From contig JBFRWD010000177.1 in the NCBI GenBank assembly GCA_051439425.1, forward strand, positions 1 through 45,329: a DNA stretch of 45,329 nt. Direction: 5' to 3'. Under the pieces are notes generated by a model that saw only the letters and a list, made by a program, of their open reading frames with translations, was not told the DNA's origin and made no database searches. The translations under genes and the position numbers were made by a program. Each line of letters begins with the position of its first letter. Within the stretch, counting starts at the first letter, position 1. This document shows positions 31,193 to 40,523 of the stretch, piece after piece. The DNA is from Synechococcus sp. GTDB taxonomy: Bacteria > Cyanobacteriota > Cyanobacteriia > Thermostichales > PCC-7336.

Positions 31193-32251
31193 TTGCCCGT
31201 GCAACGCTCCTTTAAACGCATCATTACTGGAGTCGTCTTCTTTGCCGTTACCAACGTAGTGGCCATTTCGGGGTATGTTGCCGCCGGATGGAAGCCCCTC
31301 GACGCCACCTACATGACCGTCATCACCATCTTTGGTGTCGGCTATGGAGAAGTCCAACCCCTCAGCCCCAAAATGCGGCTATTCACCATTGGCGTTATCC
31401 TGGCTGGATTTTGGTCGGCTGCCTATATTGTCTCGGGCTCGGTGCAATTGCTGGCGGAAGGGGAAATTAATCGAGCGCTACAACTTCGACGCATGGATAA
31501 AGAAATCGACAATTTAGAGAATCACACCATCATCTGTGGCTTCGGTCATGTGGGAGAGATTCTGGCAGCTAAGTTAACGGACGATCGCCATTCGTTTGTG
31601 GCGATCGATATCGACTCCGATCGCGTCGCCCATGCTCGGGAATTGGGTTACTGGGTCCGCTGTGGCAGTGCTTCTGACGAAGAGATTTTGAAATCAGCAG
31701 GGGTAGAGAAAGCCAAAGTCTTGGCCACCGTCCTGCCCGATGACGCCAATAACGTATTTATTACTCTGACAGCCCGTGGCCTCAATCCCGACCTCACTAT
31801 CGTGGCCCGAGGCACCGCCCCCAGCACCGAACACAAGTTGAAGCTGGCAGGTGCCGATCGCGTCGTCATGCCAGCAGCAATCGGAGCCCTACGCATGGCG
31901 CACACCATTACTCATCCTGCCTCTGAGGATTTGCTTTCCAACGCCGAAGGCATGAGTTTTTTAAACGAAGAGCTCGCTCAGCTAGATGCCCGGATTGACG
32001 AGTTACCGATTCCAGGAAATTCGCCATTAGTTGGCAGGACGCTAGAGGACATCGAGCGGCAGTCCAAGGGGCGCTTTATTGCCGTGGCCGTACGACGGGC
32101 TGATGGTCAGCTCATTTCCCGTCCAGAATCAGCCCTGACGCTGGAGCGAGATGACACCATCATTGTCATCGGTCGCAGCGATGCTGTGCCTCAACTAACG
32201 GCCTACTACAACATTCAACGCAAAGCCCAATATCGAGGATCGCGCTTGTAG
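31193..32251 (+). CDS. Potassium channel family protein (2TM + TrkA-N/TrkA-C)
   Basis: Filter-like TIFGVGYGE, Rossmann IICGFGHVG, NVFITLTAR and RCK-C domain. Confidence 0.9.
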   Translation: MPVQRSFKRIITGVVFFAVTNVVAISGYVAAGWKPLDATYMTVITIFGVGYGEVQPLSPKMRLFTIGVILAGFWSAAYIVSGSVQLLAEGEINRALQLRRMDKEIDNLENHTIICGFGHVGEILAAKLTDDRHSFVAIDIDSDRVAHARELGYWVRCGSASDEEILKSAGVEKAKVLATVLPDDANNVFITLTARGLNPDLTIVARGTAPSTEHKLKLAGADRVVMPAAIGALRMAHTITHPASEDLLSNAEGMSFLNEELAQLDARIDELPIPGNSPLVGRTLEDIERQSKGRFIAVAVRRADGQLISRPESALTLERDDTIIVIGRSDAVPQLTAYYNIQRKAQYRGSRL

Positions 32252-32300
32252 GCAAGGCAAGAAATAGAGAGGCGAAAAGAGGGAGCTTCAGGACTTATGG

Positions 32301-32711
32301 TTAGAAAGCCGGGGCTTGCCGGACAAGGAGATTTACAGTGACGCACAGGACTTCCCTTGGCTTGCTCCGAGTTCGCGGGCATTGCACCAGTATAGTATTG
32401 GCCATTTCAGTCAGGACAGAGGTTCCGATCGCAGTCAGGTCTAGACATAGCTGAAATGTTTGCAGTGGTATGGCCACTGCTATAACCATCGCTTCGGTTG
32501 CCAGATTCTCGGTGAGCGCCAGCTTCTCTTCAGTTGTCGTTAAAGCAGGCTCAACGTCAGCGATTCGATCCACCTCCAGTGATTGAAGCTGATGGCCTGG
32601 CAAAGAGGCAGACCAGCCCAATGCAGCAGCAACAGCAATTGCTGCAATGCTCAAATCGATCGCGGCATGCTTGATGTTTGCCGTACCAACCCCTCTGAAT
32701 TCCTTATTCAC
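32301..32711 (-). CDS. Possible hypothetical protein
   Basis: 136-aa GTG-started ORF with an N-terminal hydrophobic stretch; no recognised motif. Confidence 0.3.
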   Translation of the reverse strand: MNKEFRGVGTANIKHAAIDLSIAAIAVAAALGWSASLPGHQLQSLEVDRIADVEPALTTTEEKLALTENLATEAMVIAVAIPLQTFQLCLDLTAIGTSVLTEMANTILVQCPRTRSKPREVLCVTVNLLVRQAPAF

Positions 32712-33413
32712 CCGATGGCAGGCCCGAAACTAATGTTGCCTAGCAGATGCAAATAGCACTTACCTCTGCAGCAGCAGCCTAGCCCCCCAATGAATGTAAT
32801 GATGACCAACCCTGTATGCCGTCAGTTACGAACCTTGGACCACTTCCATTCCAGTAACGTGCCAATCCAGTGACATCGAATACAGAACTGAAGCTACGAC
32901 TAGCCATACAGCTAGATAAAGATAGCTCATGCACCACCCCTCCCTCAGCGGATTGGCGCGCTTGCAAACAAGGAGATTTCCGGCACTTCAGACACCGCTT
33001 ATCGGCCACCGAGCTGGATAGAAACAGCTATTTACCAAAGTAAAACCAGCCTATTAAATGGGTCATCCCATCAGCCAAGAATACTCACTTACGATTCTCA
33101 CACTCTCTTAATTTCTGAAATACTTTGGTTAACTAGCCTGGTACTATCCGACACATACGGTGCGTATCATCTCAGCTTAGATATTGTTGGTTTCCCCACC
33201 TAGGCAGCATGTCTCAGCCGACTGTTCCTGGGTATGCGAACACCATATCGCTAAGCCATCGATGCATGAGGAATTGACGATTGTTTTGCTTGATAACAGT
33301 AGAACAGGTACGTAGAACTACTGACTCGGCAATTCTGTCTGTCTATGGCTGTTCGCCGAAAATGGGTAAAATCCTGTAAAGTTATGTATCTGTCAAATTC
33401 ATCCACGCGGGTG

Positions 33414-34187
33414 ATGAATCTTTTGAGGAGCGAACCATTGCAAACGCTTTCTGCTACCGCTCTCAAGCCCACGACTTGGCGTCGCGAGTCTATCGCTATC
33501 TCGACTCGCATGCTCGAAATGACGTACCGGTCTAGCGGTACCCCTGTTCCTGTTTTGAGAAACATTAATTTTTCTGTCGCCTCTGGCGAAGTGCAATTTT
33601 TGATGGGGCCATCTGGATCTGGAAAGACCACTCTTCTGTCCATCTTGGCTGGCATTCTCACCCCCACTGGGGGCGATGTCGAGTTGCTGGGAGAAACCAT
33701 CACTCGCATGTCCCGCAAACGGCTGAGCCAGTTTCGTCGCTCCAACATCGGCTTTATTTTTCAAGGGTTCAATCTATTTCCCACTCTGACGATTTCGGAA
33801 AATGTCGAAGTGGCCTTGAACCTAGCCAATGTCAAAGGGACTCGCGCTAAGCAACAGGCGCTCTTTCAACTAGAGCGCGTAGGACTGGCTGACAAAGCCA
33901 ATGCTCGCCCGGCCGATTTATCGGGTGGCCAGCAGCAGCGAGTGGCGATTGCTCGTGCACTGGTGAGCAATCCCAAGCTAATCATGGCGGACGAACCCAC
34001 AGCATCCCTAGACTCACGCAACGGTCAGGTGGCGATGGAGCTGTTACAGCGTCTGGCAAAAGAGTCCGACTGTACTGTTTTGGTGGTCACCCACGATCCT
34101 CGGATTACACCATTTGCCGATCGCATCATCCACATGGAAGATGGATGCATCATCGACACGGAAGAACGCTACCCAGCCGCCGCCTGA
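33414..34187 (+). CDS. ABC transporter ATP-binding protein (DevA/LolD type)
   Basis: [39 protein letters not shown] and VTHD motifs. Start uncertain (33345-33510). Confidence 0.92.
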   Translation: MNLLRSEPLQTLSATALKPTTWRRESIAISTRMLEMTYRSSGTPVPVLRNINFSVASGEVQFLMGPSGSGKTTLLSILAGILTPTGGDVELLGETITRMSRKRLSQFRRSNIGFIFQGFNLFPTLTISENVEVALNLANVKGTRAKQQALFQLERVGLADKANARPADLSGGQQQRVAIARALVSNPKLIMADEPTASLDSRNGQVAMELLQRLAKESDCTVLVVTHDPRITPFADRIIHMEDGCIIDTEERYPAAA

Positions 34188-35146
34188 CGCTGCCGAGCAA
34201 TTTCGGATAGCGTAGTGTCCACGGAGCGAGGTTGCCACCCTAATTCCCGCCGAGCTTTACTACCATCCACCCGCACGCACCGATCGTAGATGTAGTGAAC
34301 TCGCTCCCGACTGATGGGGGGATTCCAATTTAGGAGTCTCCCCATTGGTGTAAGTAGGTGTCCCAGTAGTCGCACAATCCACCGGGGGGCCTCTGCCGGA
34401 ACAGGGATACCGGTGTGTTTACCCAACAGTTCAAACATGTCCCGCAGAGATCGCTCTCCAGCCGAAATAATGTAGCGCTCTCCGCTGCGCCCCTTGTGGA
34501 CCATCTCAATCAGTGCATCCGCTAAATCATCCACATGCACAATTCCAGTGATGCGATCACCCCCCGGCCACCGCTTGAGCCAACCGGACAAGAAGAGATC
34601 GAGCACCGGCCCAAAGTGGGGATCGTCCGCTCCAAAGATACCGGAGGGCAATGCACTCGCCACCCACAGCCCTCGCGCAGCCGCAGCATCAATTAACGCT
34701 TGTGCCTCGTATTTCGTGCGATCGTAGGCGGAAGAAAACTCTTTCTGCTGACGGACGTAGGTTTCGTCGACCGCTACCCCTGCCGTGTCTCCCAAGACTC
34801 CAATCGTGCTGCAATACACCAGTTTGGGCGGAGTTGATTGAGCGATCGCGGCTTCGATGACTGTGCGAGTGCCTGTCACATTCACCCGCTCCATTTCTAT
34901 GCCATTAACCACCCCCAGATCCACCTTTGCAGCCAGATGAAAGACCGCATCCACCCCATTCATGGCTCGATCGAGAACGTCCGCATCACAAATATCTCCG
35001 TAGGCTAGTGTCAGAGGCAGATTTTGCAGGCGCTCGCAATTGCTGGATGTGCGCACCAATCCCACCACCTCGTGACCGCGCTCTAAAAGCAGTCGTACGA
35101 GATGGGAACCGCTAAATCCGTTCGCTCCTGTAACAAGGGCTTTCAT
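34169..35146 (-). CDS. NAD-dependent epimerase/dehydratase (extended SDR)
   Basis: TGANGFSG Rossmann motif, FHLAA and catalytic YDRTK (YxxxK). Confidence 0.92.
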   Translation of the reverse strand: MKALVTGANGFSGSHLVRLLLERGHEVVGLVRTSSNCERLQNLPLTLAYGDICDADVLDRAMNGVDAVFHLAAKVDLGVVNGIEMERVNVTGTRTVIEAAIAQSTPPKLVYCSTIGVLGDTAGVAVDETYVRQQKEFSSAYDRTKYEAQALIDAAAARGLWVASALPSGIFGADDPHFGPVLDLFLSGWLKRWPGGDRITGIVHVDDLADALIEMVHKGRSGERYIISAGERSLRDMFELLGKHTGIPVPAEAPRWIVRLLGHLLTPMGRLLNWNPPISRERVHYIYDRCVRVDGSKARRELGWQPRSVDTTLSEIARQRQAAAG

Positions 35147-35320
35147 TGACTGACACTCTTATTGGTTTGAGAAACGCGTTCGAAGTGATTTGGAACAGGC
35201 AGTATAAGGATCGGCAATCCGCTATGGAGAGTTTCCTAAGCACTTTTCCCTGCCAATAAAGGATTCTAGCTGTCTCAACACTCCAGACCTTAGAGCGGAT
35301 TGCCATAATTGCAGAACAAC

Positions 35321-36454
35321 TCACAAAAGTTTTTCGTACATGCGGTAGGTTTTGTAAATCTGTGCGCCGGTTGCTTCGATCACTTTGCGAGAGGGCCAAT
35401 TATCCTCGTATACCCACGACAATTCTGCCGATCGATAGGGTCTGCGCTTCTGGGTTGCGCCCGTCATGCCCAAGTGAATCAGAGCAAGGGGAACCATTTT
35501 GCGACGGTACTCGGGCAGCGACGCGATCGCCAATACACGGCCGCGATCGATCTGTCGCCGAAACCAGAGAAACTTGAGAATTCCGATCGCGTTGAGCCTG
35601 CCTCCGACGTGCTTTAAAGGGATGTTGTAGTCCGGCAGCGCCAAAAACAGCCCCACCATCTCCCCATCATCTTCCGCAATCCAGAAAATATCTGGGTCTA
35701 CTAAACTCCGTAAGGACTGAGCCTCCTCCAAAAACTCTGCTTCGCTCCGCTCGGACGAACTCCAATTATTGACAAATGCCCGCGTGAATAGTCGATAGAA
35801 AGCTCGGCAATCTGCGAGAAAACCATCCCCCTTTGTATTCAATGGACGGAAGGTAATTCCTGCTTTCGTTGCAACCCGGTAACCCCGCTCGTAAATGCTG
35901 TCTAGAGGGCGATCGAGAGGTAGGTTATAGGCGTACGCATCCTTAGCCTTTTTCCATCCAAGCTGCTCGAAAAAAACAGGGTAGTAAGCCGGGTTGTAGG
36001 GCGTCATGACATGGGGTTGCAAGTCGAACCCATCGGCCAAGAAGAGGCAGCTGTTGTGGGTGGAAAAATCGATCGGGCCGCGGGCTAGCTCCATACCTTG
36101 GCCTTTCAGCCATGCACAGGCGTCATCTAGTAACTGACCGGCAATATCCAGACTATTAATACACTCGAAAAATCCCACTACCCCGACCGACCGTCCCTCC
36201 CGTTCCACTAAGCGCTTGTTGACTGCGGCCACCACCCGTCCAACTGCTGCCCCAGTGGCATCAACGGCGATCGCCTGGCGCATGTGGCCGTAATGAAAAA
36301 ATGGATTGCTGGGTTGAAACTGCTTGGCAACATCGCTGCGCAGTGGCGGCACCCAGTGGGGGTCGCCTCGATACACTCTGGCAGGAACATCTAGAAATGC
36401 AGCACGATCGCTGTCTGTCTCCACTGTCCGAATGTCGCAGGCTGCCGTTTGCAT
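35321..36454 (-). CDS. GNAT-fold protein of the YghO / bacterial ceramide synthase (bCerS)-like family
   Basis: DPHWVPPL, NPFF, GRV.A, GFFEC, RGP, MTPYNPAYY, LPDYN, AELSWVYEDN and YKTYRMYEK motifs; GGAGG Shine-Dalgarno. Confidence 0.75.
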   Translation of the reverse strand: MQTAACDIRTVETDSDRAAFLDVPARVYRGDPHWVPPLRSDVAKQFQPSNPFFHYGHMRQAIAVDATGAAVGRVVAAVNKRLVEREGRSVGVVGFFECINSLDIAGQLLDDACAWLKGQGMELARGPIDFSTHNSCLFLADGFDLQPHVMTPYNPAYYPVFFEQLGWKKAKDAYAYNLPLDRPLDSIYERGYRVATKAGITFRPLNTKGDGFLADCRAFYRLFTRAFVNNWSSSERSEAEFLEEAQSLRSLVDPDIFWIAEDDGEMVGLFLALPDYNIPLKHVGGRLNAIGILKFLWFRRQIDRGRVLAIASLPEYRRKMVPLALIHLGMTGATQKRRPYRSAELSWVYEDNWPSRKVIEATGAQIYKTYRMYEKLL

Positions 36455-36535
36455 GTCGCCTCCGGTATCTGTGCGGTGATTATCCCTGAATTCAGTTGGG
36501 GGTGAGTTGTGGGGATAGCGAGGGAAGCGATGGCC

Positions 36536-37524
36536 TCAAGCACTAGCCGGTACGGGCGATTTGGACGAATTGGCTTCTGCCATCATGTACTCCCGCGTGT
36601 TGACCATCGCGTCCACCAGGCGATCCATTTGTTGGCGATCGTGCAAAGCGTTAGCGGTAATGCGCAAGCGAGGTTTAGCGATAAACCAAATCGGTGAAAC
36701 CCATACTTGGTAGACATCAAGCATCTGTTGGGCAAACACTTTGGGATTGAGATCGGTTGGTAGGAGGACTGGAATGACGTTGGTTTCCCCAATAGCCTTG
36801 AATCCCGCGTCCTGAAGGCGCGATCGCAGATATCGGGTATTGGCTTGCAAGGTTGCCACCCGTTCGGGATGCTGGCGCACCTGGCGAATACTTTCTAACG
36901 CAGCAGCAGTTGTGGGCGGGGGTAGGGAAATGGTGCCGATAGAGGTGGGAGATACATCCAAAAGTCGATTAGGGCCTGGGAGTGGCTGCTAATCGCTGCA
37001 CCAGCCGATGCCGCAAACTTGGAAAATGTCGTCATGATGATGGGCACCAAACCGCGATCGATCGCCTGTTGGGGGTGCAGATCGAAATGTTCGTAGATTC
37101 CGCCACCGCTGGCACCAATGGCACCGCTGGCATGAGCCTCGTCCATGACCACGACGCTACCGGGATAGTCGGCCATTACATCCAGCATCTGCGGCAGCGG
37201 CACAATGTCTCCATCCATGGAAAAGACAGAATCGGAGATGACCACAATGCGATCGTCCGGTTTGAAATAGCGCTGCAATTTCCGGGCCAAATCGTTCATA
37301 TCGCAATGTCGATACGCCTTCACCCGCACGTTAGGACTGTAGCCAAACATCTTTCCCGAGCGGTTCCCGGCATTGACCACTGCCGACACAATGCAACCGT
37401 GATTGAGCACGTCTGTCAGGATCAGGGTTTCTCGTTTGTGCTCGAATCCCGGTATGGGCATTGCCAAGTGGCAAAAACCATCCATCAATGCCTGCAATGC
37501 CATCCACGCATTCAAGAACAGTTG
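36536..37524 (-). pseudogene. Alpha-oxoamine synthase (Spt/BioF/Kbl-type PLP enzyme), 5'-truncated and frameshifted
   Basis: LNHGCI, YRHCD, VFSMDGD, DEAH, TTFSK (PLP Lys) and RLRIT motifs, split over two frames at ~36960 (1-nt deletion). No N-terminal domain upstream of QLFLNAW. Confidence 0.85.
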
Positions 37525-37697
37525 CTTGATCCAGAGAATCCTCCTCATTACCAGCAGTAGGATATGCACCTATCGCTGGTAGATGGGTCAAGTCTACGGT
37601 CTAAAATCCATGTAGACTCTATATCTATAGCTTATGGCTAATTTTTCTGGATTGACGGCCAGATTTTGTCCGTGGGGTGTTTCAAGGTGAATGCAGC

Positions 37698-38510
37698 ATG
37701 AGAAAGGCAAAACTTGAAATTAATTTTGGCAGATTTCTTGTGCCTTGCAGAGTTTATGGGGAAGCAAATCAAATTATTATATGTATAAGCGGGGCTAAGC
37801 AGACGATGGCCTCGTGGCGTTCATTCATCAGCCATTTTGTTGCAGATTACTCGATTGTTGTATTCGATATGCCTGGGCAGGGGCGTTCTCTCATTATAGA
37901 AGGTTCTCAAGGAGTATCTTTTGAGGAACAAGTTCAAGTTCTGCATGCTGTCATTTCAAAAGTCAGTCAAGATCAAGCCGTTATCATTGCGGCAGCTTCC
38001 TGGGGAACCCTAATTGCTGCTGCTTATGCCGCGCGCTATCCTGACTCTGTCGATAAAATGATCCTCGGTAGCTTCGGTGCGAAGCCAACAGAAGCCATCT
38101 TAGATGTAATTCATCGCGGTCAACAGTTATTCAGGGAAAATCAAACCTCTAAAATTGCACTATTGATGATTGAGAGTTTTGGCCAGCATCTCTCGAATTC
38201 TCATAAGCAACAGATTGTCAATCAGTTTCAAAAAATGAGCTGGGAGCAGTACAAATCATTCTACGAGCACTGCGAGTTCGTCAGCCAAGTAAAAGATATT
38301 GATGAATATATCGACTTGCGAAAGATCAAGGCTTCAACGCTGATTGTAAGTGGTGAGTACGATCCCATCTTAGATCGAGACCACATTATAGAGGCATCCA
38401 GCCACATTCCAAACTGTGAATACAAGATGATCCGAAATGCCGGACATTTTCTACACTGGGAACGAGAAGAAATACTCTATACCTACAGCGAATTTTTATC
38501 TCGAGTCTAG
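37698..38510 (+). CDS. Alpha/beta hydrolase resembling RhlA/PhaG acyl-ACP transferases
   Basis: SGAKQTMASW, VFDMPGQGRS, AASWG (Ser), GEYD (Asp) and GHFLHWE (His); collinear with the RhlA sequence as I recall it. Confidence 0.75.
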   Translation: MRKAKLEINFGRFLVPCRVYGEANQIIICISGAKQTMASWRSFISHFVADYSIVVFDMPGQGRSLIIEGSQGVSFEEQVQVLHAVISKVSQDQAVIIAAASWGTLIAAAYAARYPDSVDKMILGSFGAKPTEAILDVIHRGQQLFRENQTSKIALLMIESFGQHLSNSHKQQIVNQFQKMSWEQYKSFYEHCEFVSQVKDIDEYIDLRKIKASTLIVSGEYDPILDRDHIIEASSHIPNCEYKMIRNAGHFLHWEREEILYTYSEFLSRV

Positions 38511-38535
38511 TCGTTTATCAATTTTTCAAAGTGCT

Positions 38536-39375
38536 ATGCCCGAACTGTCTCTGAGTCCAGTTCCTCGCCTTGAATCTATCACCCGCGAGGAGTTTGAAAA
38601 AAAGTACCTCACCCCCAAACGTCCTGTGATCGTTCAAGATATAGCAGCTCAATGGGTGGCTATACAGAAATGGACACCCGAGTTCTTAAAGTCTAAATAT
38701 GGTGACAAGTTCGTTAAGGTCTACGATTCTAGCTTTGTGAAAGCTGGGAAAAGCTATATGTCTAATGTCGAGAAAATTCCCTTCGATAGTTTTCTTGACA
38801 GTGTTCTGAACGATGATCGAGATTTGCGGATGTTTCTCTACAACATATGTAGAGAAATCCCAGAACTTGTTGATGACATTCAACTGCCGTCATTAGTTGA
38901 TGGGTTGTCTAAGAATTTTATTTTTATGTTTTTTGGGTGTAGGGGATCTGCCACCCAAATGCATTTCGATATCGACATGGCTCACGTCTTTCATACCGTT
39001 TTCTACGGCAGAAAAGTCGTTACGCTATATCCCTACGAACAGGGATGCAATATTTACCGATATCCGTTCACCTGTCGTAGTTATATTGATGTTCACAAAC
39101 CAGATTTTGATCGATATCCTAAGCTAAAAGCCGCTCAGGGATATCGAGTCGAGATCGAACCTGGAGAAACACTCTTTATGCCGAGTGGATACTGGCACCA
39201 CATGGTTTATGAAGAGCCAGGCTACTCTCTTTCGTTAAGGTGGGCACCTCAGTCCTTAGGATTGAAGCTGCGTGGCTACTACAACATATTTGTGATGTCT
39301 GTGATTGATCGACTGATGAATAAGATAAGCCCAGAAATTTGGTTCAACTGGAAAACCGAACGAGCCCGTGTCTAG
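38536..39375 (+). CDS. JmjC / cupin-like Fe(II)-2OG dioxygenase
   Basis: HFD (HxD) ... LFMPSGYWHH facial triad; RPVIV..., KWT.EFL N-terminal pattern. Confidence 0.88.
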   Translation: MPELSLSPVPRLESITREEFEKKYLTPKRPVIVQDIAAQWVAIQKWTPEFLKSKYGDKFVKVYDSSFVKAGKSYMSNVEKIPFDSFLDSVLNDDRDLRMFLYNICREIPELVDDIQLPSLVDGLSKNFIFMFFGCRGSATQMHFDIDMAHVFHTVFYGRKVVTLYPYEQGCNIYRYPFTCRSYIDVHKPDFDRYPKLKAAQGYRVEIEPGETLFMPSGYWHHMVYEEPGYSLSLRWAPQSLGLKLRGYYNIFVMSVIDRLMNKISPEIWFNWKTERARV

Positions 39376-39390
39376 CTTTACCAAAAATAT

Positions 39391-39416
39391 TGCCTGCTCC
39401 AGTCTAGTGGCAGGCA
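39391..39416 (-). terminator. Possible terminator hairpin between the convergent JmjC and pedR genes
   Basis: TGCCTGC-N12-GCAGGCA, followed on the minus strand by ATATTTTT. Confidence 0.35.
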
Positions 39417-39522
39417 TTACAGATACCTTTATGACTTGTGGATGTTACAGATAACCCTCAAGACAAGTGAAAGAGTAGCCTCTTATCGCTGCACAAGAAT
39501 TTGGGATTGGCCAAACTGCTGA

Positions 39523-39798
39523 CTAGGCAGATTGAGACTGGATCTCGCCCGAGTCAAGCGTACAGCAGTTGACATCGTCGAGACAAACCTTACCCCACTG
39601 CAACGCCCAGCGAACGAGAGCCACGCGATTGGCTGTACGGGTTTTCTCTAAAATGTTGCTGATGTGGTTATCTACCGTCCGCTTACTGATTGCCAACTGT
39701 TTGGCAATGTCTTGATTCGTTAAGCCTGTTGCAATGAGTTCCACTACCTGTAACTCGCGATCCGACTAGTTGTCAGTAGAACGGTAGGAAGTTTCCAT
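39523..39798 (-). pseudogene. pedR: PedR-like small LuxR-type regulator with an in-frame TAG at codon 11
   Basis: METSYRSTDN*SDRELQVVELIATGLTN...ISKRTVDNHISNIL...WALQWGKVCLDDVNCC. Confidence 0.8.
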
Positions 39799-40523
39799 GC
39801 TATTGCCAGAACGTAAATATACTCAAAGCCCCTTTGGGACCATTGTAGGGGATCGATTTAGATGTGGCACCTCTACGTAAATATTCCTATCGCGCCTTGC
39901 AGATCGCCCCCAGAGCAGCAAACTCTCAACGCCATTAGGAATAAAGCTTTGGTAGAAAATACCCAACGAGAATCAACCTAGCCTTTCGCACCTTTAGCTG
40001 GAGTCTCCTGAACTACCGTCATTAGGCATAAAACAGCGAAAACAAGCCCAGCGGACTAACACAGGTAACCCCATAACCGCATAATTCAGAGACTCCGTTA
40101 GTGCCATCCCACACGAGTCAACGCGCTATTATCTGGCCGCCTCTCACCCAAAACCCTTTTGTATTGAGAGTGACCCTAGCCGTTGGGAGGAAGTCAACAG
40201 CACAACCAGTCCAGCACGTTAGTGATTGCGACAGGCGGCTGAGTATAAGTTCCCTTAACTCAATAAATGTGTTGGAGGCTACAATCTCCTGACCTCTGCT
40301 TGCATACCCTGATCGAAAACTAACTTCGAATCCCCCAAGGCCTGTGCCAACTTGAGTCGGTAAATCTCACGGTCGATCTGTCTCGTCATGGGGGTGAGAT
40401 AAGTAGACGTCGGTTAGATAGACATCGGCAACGCTGTCGCAATTGCACAGTCTGTGAGATGGACCTTTTTGACTGGCTGCATCTCCATCAGGTTCATGCC
40501 AACTCTAGTGGCTGGGTTTATTT

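Noticed and set aside
39877..39890. NtcA box GTA-N8-TAT near pedR
   Set aside because: Mismatched and expected by chance in AT-rich intergenic DNA.
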